IMG/VR virus record: IMGVR_UViG_3300031087_000457
Reading direction: 5' to 3' (one strand)
DNA length: 20,000 nucleotides
From: an uncultured virus (IMG/VR IMGVR_UViG_3300031087_000457)
Lineage: Duplodnaviria; Heunggongvirae; Uroviricota; Caudoviricetes
Program-made: the position numbers and the translations under genes
In this document: positions 8,301 to 15,876 of the stretch, piece by piece
Numbering within the stretch: position 1 is the stretch's first letter
How the letters are laid out: every line of letters begins with the position of its first letter
Notes under the pieces: generated by a model
Databases searched by the model: none
What the model saw: only the letters and a program-made list of their open reading frames with translations
Told to the model about the DNA's origin: nothing

Positions 8301-9567
8301 TCAGCGAGTGCTCCTCACCGTGCTCATGGGTCTCCTCTTTAAGTTCCTGTTCTCCATCGCTGCCTCGGGAGCCTCCTACCTCGTCGTGGCCATCGTGAGC
8401 ATCATTGTGGCCGGACTCTTCATCGGCTACAGAAAGGAGCTCCTCGGCCTGGTCCAGCGCTCCATGGATGCAGCTGCTGGAAGCTTTGCTGGCGGCGCGC
8501 TCTACAACGCTCGAGGTCAGATCGCTCAGCGCATCCCCGTGGGCCTCAGGAACTACGCTTCGCTCCGCAAGGAGGAAGCTCGAGGCATGGCCTTCGGCAC
8601 CGTCGCGGCTATCCGTCACAGGCAGACCCTGGAGGAGCTCCCCGGCACCCTGAAGACCATCCGGGACACCTACAGGTCTCGAGAGGGAGCCTCTCAGCTC
8701 CTCACGGGCCTCGGTGGAAGCCAGAAGGCTCGAAACCTCAGGAGCAGCATCGACCGGGATCTCGATAAGAGATTCAACCACGGAGAAGAGTACCAGGGAG
8801 CCAGGGATGCTATCCTGGAGAAGGCAGCAGTTCCCGATGGATCCTTCAACCGGGATGGAGATCTCGTCGTTCCTGAGTACCAGACCGACCTCAACCCCGG
8901 GCAGGTTGAGAAGCGGGACGGTGAGGGTCGCCTCCTCGATGAGAATAACGAGCCCATCGTCATCGGAGAGCAGGTTCAGCGCACGGCAATCTTCAAGCAG
9001 AAGAAGACCCTGAACCGAACTTCGGTGCGTCGGGAGCTCGTCCGCCACAGGAACCTCTCGGAGAAGCTCTCCAAGCTCGAGGAGAAGAAGACCCGTCGCA
9101 TCGTTGCGGGCGAGGAGCTCGCGCTCAAGCGCATGGGCCACACCAAGCCCATCGACAAGCTCAGCGATGAGGAGCGAGTCAGGCGTCAGGCAGATCGAGC
9201 TCGCATCCACCTCGAGCTCACTCGCCACTCAAAGAGAGACGGCCGCAACCTCGGAGCCGATGGACAGCCTCTGCAGGTCGATCGAGCTGGCACGAACATC
9301 GAACGCAAGATCGAGCGCACCTCTAGCGCCCTGGAGGGCACCATAGAGGGAGCAGTAGCCTCAGGTCGATTCGCCCCCAATGAGGAGCGCAGCCGAGCTC
9401 AGGCGGAAGCCTACAGGGAGCTCAAGGATCTAGTCTCTCAGGCTAATCGGGACCTAGCTGATAGTTTAGATAGAAGCTTCGGAGTCTCGGACACGATCCG
9501 TGAGGCGCGGAGCTCCATCAACAGACAGCTCGGTAGGGATGATTTCGGTGACTTCGGTAGGAGGTAG
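5305..9567 (+). CDS. Giant polytopic membrane protein, VirB6/TrbL/TcpH-like conjugation channel candidate (paralog 1, 1420 aa)
   Basis: N-terminal TM, ~580-aa Cys-containing extracytoplasmic domain, TM pair, loop with WRSFVFTPWVFGQWG, then a cluster of TMs (LLVILPIMLLIGIHPTFGRQKLKAY) and a charged cytoplasmic tail. This layout is typical of Gram-positive VirB6-like proteins. Confidence 0.7.
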   Translation: MALGRQQGGSFYLDSTDLQPQGRRTPRFRRLRELSPAKLFLQFTVTLVGLLVIASGLQLTVLADVIRSASAAEKPQVGNSGEDDGSAEANKKLKQAMEDSGFDPDSQSDFEKWGSQVRAPKDRNSFDYLFYRLFVPQYINSTPNAVSTTNSGRTSGCAAPQNGKGTIVYHNCDVPNISGEIVQDIVRFIVPSGAYNATQESAKATFGLPSGILPGNGQVPVSEGARSYKYTGLELYGYNLKYSAYLGEWDYIKVFTKARAMSNFGVFDNLKLGGKAVIDGAVGAVGNSVEGWNSGFDSGGLAGAIGGFFSGFFEGGATASVNTIMDTSDLNVFEQQAWYRPDFGATTYGARSMNSAELSAESLRWMNSMMNYYQPNKGVIPEDFPSKTPPAKPLEAISSCAVISNASGAMKAWGQKSTAPGVTEAECRAEGDRLKASIQSDLNDAATGGEEPQQLTGASYKWDAEGTQAQESIASWSQKNSGFISSMSKYGWSCSLPSEGSLQGRAPGIDAWYSCFSSSYDANYTKTLNEEKVKENNKYTDSIFGKFSGLFAGFYAALHQDGNFNAAYNRFVCQDTRTGKDIMDGARNARVYNSDGTLTGKCGAIRAPIQDGLYGNGYTAGQNSAAQDTRRAAFSPLESLATALGNTAANMSLKVSVVVTQLSNTVLGLAFTPVLDALGIRDVVTSLVTSFRDSMFMPLAVLIIALGAVSILIRAIRSGAYASAFGSFLYIVAAFLLGVIILAKPAATLKAIDEAPVLIENTVLTAMFSSSGSADELCTATGSSSGVGTGGKQIDNTRGFDPNASTRMLMCENWRSFVFTPWVFGQWGTGYENLYAKGYAPEGAKELTNTNGKLVGNAGVNFGGGNVIHNWATYQLATTSVGTSTTADPSRPTGVVNKNFYRIVDAQMGPNGGKGTDATYAQSWSKFSGDTAAATIFGPVAAVMGAVVVIGYTLAKLELVFVTIFLLVILPIMLLIGIHPTFGRQKLKAYAGTLVGLMIQRVLLTVLMGLLFKFLFSIAASGASYLVVAIVSIIVAGLFIGYRKELLGLVQRSMDAAAGSFAGGALYNARGQIAQRIPVGLRNYASLRKEEARGMAFGTVAAIRHRQTLEELPGTLKTIRDTYRSREGASQLLTGLGGSQKARNLRSSIDRDLDKRFNHGEEYQGARDAILEKAAVPDGSFNRDGDLVVPEYQTDLNPGQVEKRDGEGRLLDENNEPIVIGEQVQRTAIFKQKKTLNRTSVRRELVRHRNLSEKLSKLEEKKTRRIVAGEELALKRMGHTKPIDKLSDEERVRRQADRARIHLELTRHSKRDGRNLGADGQPLQVDRAGTNIERKIERTSSALEGTIEGAVASGRFAPNEERSRAQAEAYRELKDLVSQANRDLADSLDRSFGVSDTIREARSSINRQLGRDDFGDFGRR

Positions 9568-9572
9568 AGTTC

Positions 9573-12500
9573 GTGGCGAGCTACGCTAACTCCGACCTCA
9601 GGAAGAGAACGAGCAGGCCGAGGACCTTCGGGCTGAGGCCCTTCGCTGCAGTCGCCGTGATCTTCGGAATCGTGCTCTCCATGTTCGGAGTGCTAGCCGC
9701 GACTCTAGGACCACAGAGAGCGGTTCAGGAAGCGGATGCCTTCGACCCCGTGAACTCAGTGATCTGCGGACTCTTCCCCGATGACGCTCCGATCCGCAAG
9801 GCCTATCAGGCCTCTCAGACGGACGATCTCTACTTTGATCTTCAGTCCAAGTCCGCAGTGAGCAGCGGTAAGGCAGATGTGAGCAGCGGCCTCAACTGGA
9901 TCCTCATGGCTTCGGGCATGGACTTCAACAAGGTCAACGAGGGCATCATCGGCCAGGAGGTTGAGAAGGCGGGAACTTCCCTCCGGGAGACCAAGAGCGA
10001 TGACGAGCTCAAGAAGAGCTGGAACAAGGGACCGCAGGTAAGCCCCTTCGACCGCTTCGGCATGGCCGGCACCACATTCAGCTCCTACAACGGTGAGTGG
10101 AAGTACTACAAGGTCGACTCCTGCTCCGATGAGGCTCCCGTAGACCTCAAGGAAGGCGACTACTACGAAGGCCGTCTAGAGACAAGGTCCACCTGGGAAG
10201 ACCGGGCAGACTCCAAGGATCCTCGCACCGTACAGCACTACAAGGGCGAGACCTCTAGATTCTGGTTCGGCTTCGTCACGCTGATCTCAAACCTGATCTT
10301 CTGGGTGACCAAGCTCATCACAACGGCTACCATCGCCTTTGTGAGCTTCTCCTTCTCCGACATCAGTAGCACTCTTGGGCTCAATGGCATTCTCTCTGGA
10401 GATTCCTCAGGAGACGGCGTCTTCGGCTATCTGTTCACGGGGGTCTACACTCCGCTCATCGTGCTAGCTATGGTGGCTACCGGCTTCAAGATCTTTTTCG
10501 ATGGAGTCGTCCGGAAGCAGTTCCGCAATGCTCTCAGCACTGCAGGAATCTCCATCGCTATGTTCCTCTTCGCCATCGTCGTATCGGTGAAGCCGGACCT
10601 CTTCGTGAACTTCCCCAACAAGGCATCGGTGCTGGTCCAGGCTGTCATCGTCAAGTCCTTCACGGGCGAGCTCTCGGGTGACAGGGGTATCTGCTCCACG
10701 GACATCGGAAGCAAGCCCATCGGCATCCAGGATGGCACCAACGGCAAGGACGACCAGGGCTACCTCGATGGGATTGCCGCTAACATGCGATCCTCCATCG
10801 GCTGCAACTTCTGGCAGACCTTCGTGTTCAAGCCCTGGGCTCAGGGGCAGTGGGGAACCGACTGGAACGAGACCTGGGCCAAGGGCAAGACCGCAAAGTG
10901 GGCACCGGCCGGCCACCAGGAGCTCCAGAACACCAATGGGGCCATCGTGGGAGACGCAGCCGTTCCCCTCGGTGATGGAAAGGTCATGCACAACTGGGCT
11001 GTCTTCAACCTATCCACCCTGACCAACGCTCACTCTCCCGTCGGCGAGGAAGGCCACTACTCGAAGTACTCCCAGGGTGTGGCCAACGACTGGTGGAGGA
11101 TCGTGGATGCTCTCACCAACTACGAGGAGGTCCCCAACAAGGATCAGATCAGCGTCGCGGGTGGAGGCTCCGAAGACATCGAGTACACGGTCCCCAAGGG
11201 CAACGCTCCCCTCGAGGACTGGGACACCTGGAGCGGCAACAATCCGGGCAACCGCTTCGCGTCGGCTATCTCATCCCTGTTCATCGGAGCGGTGGGTCTC
11301 ATCGCGCCCTTCTTCCTGGGGCTCATGGCCGCAGTCTACTCCCTGGGCATGACCATCGTCATGGCCTTCCTTCCGGTGATGCTCCTCTTCGGTGCCTGGG
11401 GCGGTCGAGGCTTTGAGATCTTCAAGCAGTGGGCGAAGCTCCTCTGGAAGCTCTTCACCCAGCGCATCGCTGTGGGCATCATGCTCATGCTTTCCATCGT
11501 CTTCGTCAATGCGGCCATCGTGCTCATGGACAGCGTGGGCTGGTGGCAGGGTGCGCTCATGCTCATGGTGCTGACCTTCATCATCATCAAGAGCCGCCAC
11601 AAGATCGGCGACATGCTTTCTGCCTCCGGCGGTGGCAGCTTCTCACAGGTTGCGAGTAGGATCAGCAAGGGCTTCACCGACACCACTCGAACCATCGGTG
11701 GCATCGCTGCCTCCACTGCGGGTGGCGCTGCCTACTCGAAGTTCCGCGGCGGAACCATGGCCAGTGGCGCTAAGATCGGTCTCGGCCAGGAGCTCAACAA
11801 CCTGAGCTACCGGACCCCCTTCCTTCGAGATGTGCGAGTCTCCATGGCCGCTCTGAAGGAAGCCGAAAGTGGACCGATCCACGGCAAGGACAGTAGGCCC
11901 ATCAACCACTGTGCGCTCTGCCAGGAGCCCCTGGAGGACGGCACCATCGTTAAGATGGGCGCCGATGGCCTCTGGTACTGCCAGTTCTGTGCCGAAAGTG
12001 AGGTCCAGATCGAGGGAGGCCTCGAGGTGATCTACCGCAACGAAGCACCTCAGAGCGACAACGAGCCCAAGGAAGCAAGGACTCGAACGCTGAACTCCGC
12101 CGACGACCAGCTCACTGGAGGCAAGGTTCGAAGGCTCCACGGAAGCGACACTGGCAGGCTTGTCCACGCCACAGATGAGAACCGAACCAACTTCGCTCGA
12201 AACAACGCCTACCAGGTGACCGCTGACCTCGCCTCCGTGATCGGCGACATTCGAGACGGTAAGGCTCGCACGGACTCCATCCTGGGCTCCAACATTCCAG
12301 TCGAGCTGCAGCCCTATCTCGATCCGGGCATGGTGAAGACCCTGGTGGAAGCAAAGGACTGGGAAGCTGTTGCCAGCGCCTTCATCTCTGCCTATGTGCT
12401 CGCCATCGAGGCTCAGACGGGAGCAAAGCTCGATGGTCTCCTCGACGAGCTCCTGGGAGCCGCCCAGGGCGACTACCGCACAACCGGCCGGGCAGAGCTT

Positions 12501-12641
12501 CGAGAGTCTCAGATGGCGCTTCCAGACGACGAGCGAATTCTAAAGCTCGTTTCAGCACAGCAGAGGCGCGAGGCCGAAAAGTCCTCCCAGAATGGACAGG
12601 ATCGAGGCCCAGCCGGCTCCGAGTCCGAGGACCGTTCCTAA
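9573..12641 (+). CDS. Giant polytopic membrane protein, VirB6/TrbL/TcpH-like (paralog 2, 1022 aa) with a putative Zn finger in the tail
   Basis: Same layout as 5305..9567 with WQTFVFKPWAQGQWG and AFLPVMLLFGAWGGRGFEIFKQW. CALC-x19-CQFC in the tail. GTG start after GGAGG. Confidence 0.7.
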   Translation: MASYANSDLRKRTSRPRTFGLRPFAAVAVIFGIVLSMFGVLAATLGPQRAVQEADAFDPVNSVICGLFPDDAPIRKAYQASQTDDLYFDLQSKSAVSSGKADVSSGLNWILMASGMDFNKVNEGIIGQEVEKAGTSLRETKSDDELKKSWNKGPQVSPFDRFGMAGTTFSSYNGEWKYYKVDSCSDEAPVDLKEGDYYEGRLETRSTWEDRADSKDPRTVQHYKGETSRFWFGFVTLISNLIFWVTKLITTATIAFVSFSFSDISSTLGLNGILSGDSSGDGVFGYLFTGVYTPLIVLAMVATGFKIFFDGVVRKQFRNALSTAGISIAMFLFAIVVSVKPDLFVNFPNKASVLVQAVIVKSFTGELSGDRGICSTDIGSKPIGIQDGTNGKDDQGYLDGIAANMRSSIGCNFWQTFVFKPWAQGQWGTDWNETWAKGKTAKWAPAGHQELQNTNGAIVGDAAVPLGDGKVMHNWAVFNLSTLTNAHSPVGEEGHYSKYSQGVANDWWRIVDALTNYEEVPNKDQISVAGGGSEDIEYTVPKGNAPLEDWDTWSGNNPGNRFASAISSLFIGAVGLIAPFFLGLMAAVYSLGMTIVMAFLPVMLLFGAWGGRGFEIFKQWAKLLWKLFTQRIAVGIMLMLSIVFVNAAIVLMDSVGWWQGALMLMVLTFIIIKSRHKIGDMLSASGGGSFSQVASRISKGFTDTTRTIGGIAASTAGGAAYSKFRGGTMASGAKIGLGQELNNLSYRTPFLRDVRVSMAALKEAESGPIHGKDSRPINHCALCQEPLEDGTIVKMGADGLWYCQFCAESEVQIEGGLEVIYRNEAPQSDNEPKEARTRTLNSADDQLTGGKVRRLHGSDTGRLVHATDENRTNFARNNAYQVTADLASVIGDIRDGKARTDSILGSNIPVELQPYLDPGMVKTLVEAKDWEAVASAFISAYVLAIEAQTGAKLDGLLDELLGAAQGDYRTTGRAELRESQMALPDDERILKLVSAQQRREAEKSSQNGQDRGPAGSESEDRS

Positions 12642-12742
12642 GGCGCTGATCTGATCGAACTTCACAGGCACATGCCGAGCGACTGTTCGGCGCTCAGCGG
12701 GGCAGCTACTGGCGCTGAGAGGGTGTCCATGATCGCTGCCGT

Positions 12743-12749
12743 TGATATG
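12743..12749 (+). promoter_or_regulatory. TGATATG motif, candidate element-specific -10 box
   Basis: GATAT ends 41 nt before the ATG at 12790. Confidence 0.5.
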
Positions 12750-12789
12750 GAACAGCGAGACAGAACCTCTAGAGAGCGTTAGGCACACC

Positions 12790-14154
12790 ATGGGAATCTT
12801 CGACAAGGCGAGAAGCACCATCGCTGGTCGCTTCGGCGACGAGACCGTCCGTAAGGGCAACTTCGGCGCCCGGGAAGAGGATGAGCAGGAGCAGCGGCAG
12901 CCCCGAGGGCAGAAGCTCAAGAGATCGCCCCGCCAGAAGCCTACTCGAACTGAGCCTCGGCAGGAAGATCCCCAGGCTGACCAGAGCGATGGCTTCGGTG
13001 CCGATGATGACAGCTTCGAAGATGAGTACAGCTTCGAAACTCGAGACGAGCCTGGGGTCATCGATTCGCAGGCGCTCTCCGCGCTGTCGACCGACCAGGG
13101 ACAGTCTGTTGAGGAGATCCTAGCCTCCATGAGGATCGAGGAGACCTTCACCATCGACGAGGGTATCCTCTTCATCGACGAGGAGCTCGCCAACCAGCAG
13201 TTTGCCACACAGGCACCCTACGGCTACGACATGGGTGAGGTAGACTACTTTCTCACGAAGACTCAGCGCTCCATCGCTGAGTATGTGAAGCTCCTTCGCC
13301 GGCGCAACGACGATGTGGTGAAGCTTGCCTCTCGAATCAGCGACATGTCGGTTGAGATCAACAACATGCGCTTCAGCTCTGAGGTCGCCAACGGTATCAA
13401 CATCATGGCCAGCGGTGGAGACGAGGATAGCCTCGCCGTTGATCTCCAGGAAGCTCGCTCCAGGGCCCAGAGACTCCAGGAGAGGCTCGACATGCTCGAA
13501 GCAGCTCCCCGGGAGCGCGACGAGGACGAGCTTGAGATCCTGCGCAACGAACTCGCTGCTGAGAGGCGTTCCCGGGAGGGCTTCGAGGCCGAGGCCGCTG
13601 ATCTTCGGGCCCATCTCGTGCTCATCGAGGAGGAGTACGACATTCAGGTCTTCTCGGACCGGGGAGAGCTTCAGCAGCCCAGCAGTGGCACTGAGGGCTA
13701 TGACAGCTACTCCGAGCAGCGGGGCGATAGATTCCAGGATGTGTCCGGCATCGACAGCCGTGCCCAGGATGAGCTCTACGCTGAGGAGTCCAACTACCAG
13801 CAGGTAGGTCGAGATCACTGGCTCCCCAACAGCGACGACGACCAGAGCCTTCCGGACATGTCCTACGAGGAGGAGGGTCTCCCGGATGGCTCCTTCGAGT
13901 TTGAGGAGCAGTCCCTGGAAGAGCTTCCCCTGGGATCCTTCGAGGGCAGCGCCGGGGGGTTCGATCAGACCGACGATAGCTTCCAGGACTCTGCTTTCAC
14001 GGCCAATCCCTACCAGAATCTCGATGAGTTCATCGAGGAGAACAGTAGCGTTTTCCCCGATGATCCAGCCTCCAGCGAGAGGGACTTCGATAGAGTAGAC
14101 TCCGAAGAAGATCCCGACGAGGACGGCTTCAGCTACAGCTTCGAACGCAGATGA
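12790..14154 (+). CDS. Acidic coiled-coil protein with internal DivIVA-like domain
   Basis: EELANQQFATQAPYGYDMGEVDYFL matches the DivIVA/GpsB N-terminal motif (DI.NK.F....RGYD..EVD.FL). It is followed by heptad coiled-coil and a very acidic tail. ATG 12790 is preferred over TTG 12742 (same frame). Confidence 0.7.
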   Translation: MGIFDKARSTIAGRFGDETVRKGNFGAREEDEQEQRQPRGQKLKRSPRQKPTRTEPRQEDPQADQSDGFGADDDSFEDEYSFETRDEPGVIDSQALSALSTDQGQSVEEILASMRIEETFTIDEGILFIDEELANQQFATQAPYGYDMGEVDYFLTKTQRSIAEYVKLLRRRNDDVVKLASRISDMSVEINNMRFSSEVANGINIMASGGDEDSLAVDLQEARSRAQRLQERLDMLEAAPRERDEDELEILRNELAAERRSREGFEAEAADLRAHLVLIEEEYDIQVFSDRGELQQPSSGTEGYDSYSEQRGDRFQDVSGIDSRAQDELYAEESNYQQVGRDHWLPNSDDDQSLPDMSYEEEGLPDGSFEFEEQSLEELPLGSFEGSAGGFDQTDDSFQDSAFTANPYQNLDEFIEENSSVFPDDPASSERDFDRVDSEEDPDEDGFSYSFERR

Positions 14155-14190
14155 GCTGCAAGAAGTAATCCCTCAGAGAAAAGGCACCCA

Positions 14191-14703
14191 ATGACCGCAG
14201 CTGACCTCATGCTCTACGGCCTCCTGGTCATTCCCTTCCTGGGCACTCTGGCCGCTGGCTACGCGAAGCTTCGGGTGGGCCCTTTCCTGGGACTGACCAG
14301 TGCCCTGGGGGCTGTCTCGGTGTTCCTGAGCTACATCCTCCTAGATTTCAGCTCTGCGATGGTTCAGTTCGGAGTCCTCGCCCTGGGCGCCTTCCTCTTC
14401 TTCCTCACCATCGGGCTTCTGGGAGAGCGAGTGAGCTATAGGTCACCCATGCTCCTCCTCGCCGCAGTGTCTCTCTTCCCCCTCGGGCTGGTCCTGGCCA
14501 GCGGCACGCTTCTAGCCCTGCTCTTCTACGGCATTCTCATCGTTGCCAGCATTCTCTTCGCACTCCTTCTGACCTACATTCGTAGGAACTCGCTGACGGG
14601 GCGCAAAGGCCGAGAGAAGCCCAAGAACCGCTTCATGCTCACCATCCCCACCATCGTAGCAACAGTCGTTGCCGGACTCACGGTGCTTGCTCAGATTCAG
14701 TAG
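14191..14703 (+). CDS. Polytopic membrane protein (about 5-6 TM), unknown function
   Basis: Almost entirely hydrophobic, with one basic loop RRNSLTGRKGREKPKNR. AAAGG RBS. Confidence 0.8.
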   Translation: MTAADLMLYGLLVIPFLGTLAAGYAKLRVGPFLGLTSALGAVSVFLSYILLDFSSAMVQFGVLALGAFLFFLTIGLLGERVSYRSPMLLLAAVSLFPLGLVLASGTLLALLFYGILIVASILFALLLTYIRRNSLTGRKGREKPKNRFMLTIPTIVATVVAGLTVLAQIQ

Positions 14704-14725
14704 TCTGGGTCTCGCTTGAGCTCAC

Positions 14726-14732
14726 CGATATA
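14726..14732 (+). promoter_or_regulatory. CGATATA motif, candidate element-specific -10 box
   Basis: GATAT ends 34 nt before the ATG at 14766. Confidence 0.5.
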
Positions 14733-14765
14733 GGTTGCACCTTCAGCTAGTAGGAGAGAGTTCCC

Positions 14766-15875
14766 ATGGTAGACTCCAAGGGATCACCACAGATCCCCGA
14801 AGACGCTGCTCCCAAGAGGCCTTCGGATGCAGCTCCATCTGGCGAGCCCGCAGCCCGTCGAGACCCTGTTCTTGAGGAGCTCCTGCGCTCGAGGTCCGCT
14901 GACAGCGAAGGCGCAGCAGCCAAGGCTTCAAGGCGCAGGAAGCCAGCCAAGACTGGCACCTCTCTGGATCGAAAGTCTCGCAAGTCGAAGCTTCCGCTCA
15001 TCGCGCTCATCGTGGCCGGTGTGGTCCTCGTCGGTGGAGGCGGTGCTGCTACCTGGTTCGCACTATCTCCGGCCCAGTCGCAGATCGACCCCGACCGCAA
15101 CAAGGACAAGACTCAGAGCGTCACTGAGAAGGAAGCGGATCCTGCCGACGAAGTCGACGCACCCTTCAACAAGGAAAATGGAGTCTTCCCGGTCAAGCTC
15201 GACAAGTGGGAGCAGGACTCTGGAGTTCAAGGCCTCAGCCCAGAGGATAAGGCTAAGGTTGCAGAGACTTTCTACGGAACCGACCTCAACACCTCTGCTA
15301 GCATCCTTCCGTCGGAAGCTGCTGGCTTCACTTCTGATGATTCCAAGAGTGAGAACGAGGACGGAACGCTCAACGGCTACTACAGCTACTGGACTCAAGA
15401 GTCCTTTACCGCTGACGCCGGCGAGATCATCGAGAAGTTCCTTAACCCTCGCTTTGGCAACTGGGAGCAGTACCAGAAGCCCGGATCTGATCCCGCATCG
15501 ATCAATCCAGCCCAGCAGTTCCCGAACACCTTCACGACAGAGCTTCTCGATAGCAAGGAGCCTGTGCAGAGTTGGCTTCCGATCTACGCTGACTGGAACG
15601 GAAACAACTACGGAAGAAGCGATCTATCCGCCACCGGCGCACGCTGGTACGGCGAGATCACAGACTCCAACTCCGACTTTGTCTTCGATGAGGAGACTGG
15701 CCAGTACACTGTGAACTTCAAGGCCAATGTGAAGTTCACAGCCTATGGCCATGACGGAGAAAAGGTTTCAGAAAACGGAGTGCTATCGCTCGAGTTCGTC
15801 GCCAATCCTGGCGGTGAAGCAGGACCCGGTGGAAAGGTCCTCGTAAACAGGTCTAGTCTGACCATTGGTGGTTGA
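14766..15875 (+). CDS. Bitopic membrane protein with extracytoplasmic domain (possible VirB8/TcpC-like)
   Basis: AGGAG RBS; basic disordered N-terminus, single TM LPLIALIVAGVVLVGGGGAATWFAL and a beta-rich C-terminus. The family assignment is only inferred. Confidence 0.75.
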   Translation: MVDSKGSPQIPEDAAPKRPSDAAPSGEPAARRDPVLEELLRSRSADSEGAAAKASRRRKPAKTGTSLDRKSRKSKLPLIALIVAGVVLVGGGGAATWFALSPAQSQIDPDRNKDKTQSVTEKEADPADEVDAPFNKENGVFPVKLDKWEQDSGVQGLSPEDKAKVAETFYGTDLNTSASILPSEAAGFTSDDSKSENEDGTLNGYYSYWTQESFTADAGEIIEKFLNPRFGNWEQYQKPGSDPASINPAQQFPNTFTTELLDSKEPVQSWLPIYADWNGNNYGRSDLSATGARWYGEITDSNSDFVFDEETGQYTVNFKANVKFTAYGHDGEKVSENGVLSLEFVANPGGEAGPGGKVLVNRSSLTIGG

Positions 15876-15876
15876 A

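Noticed and set aside
6856..9228. Long minus-strand ORFs (6856..7911, 8284..9228) and similar ones elsewhere
   Set aside because: They are antisense shadows of well-supported + strand genes, common in GC-rich DNA, and carry no recognisable motifs.
12642..12730. Possible tRNA (GTTCG and a terminal CCA present)
   Set aside because: No 7-bp acceptor stem or cloverleaf, and GTTCG is not positioned as a T-loop.
12742..12789. Longer TTG start for the DivIVA-like gene
   Set aside because: It overlaps the GATAT box and lacks an RBS; ATG 12790 fits the spacing seen at other genes.
14827..15714. 295-aa alternative + frame ORF inside 14766..15875
   Set aside because: Ser/Arg/Thr-rich shadow of GC-rich codon usage with no clear RBS; the main frame has an RBS, a TM and normal composition.
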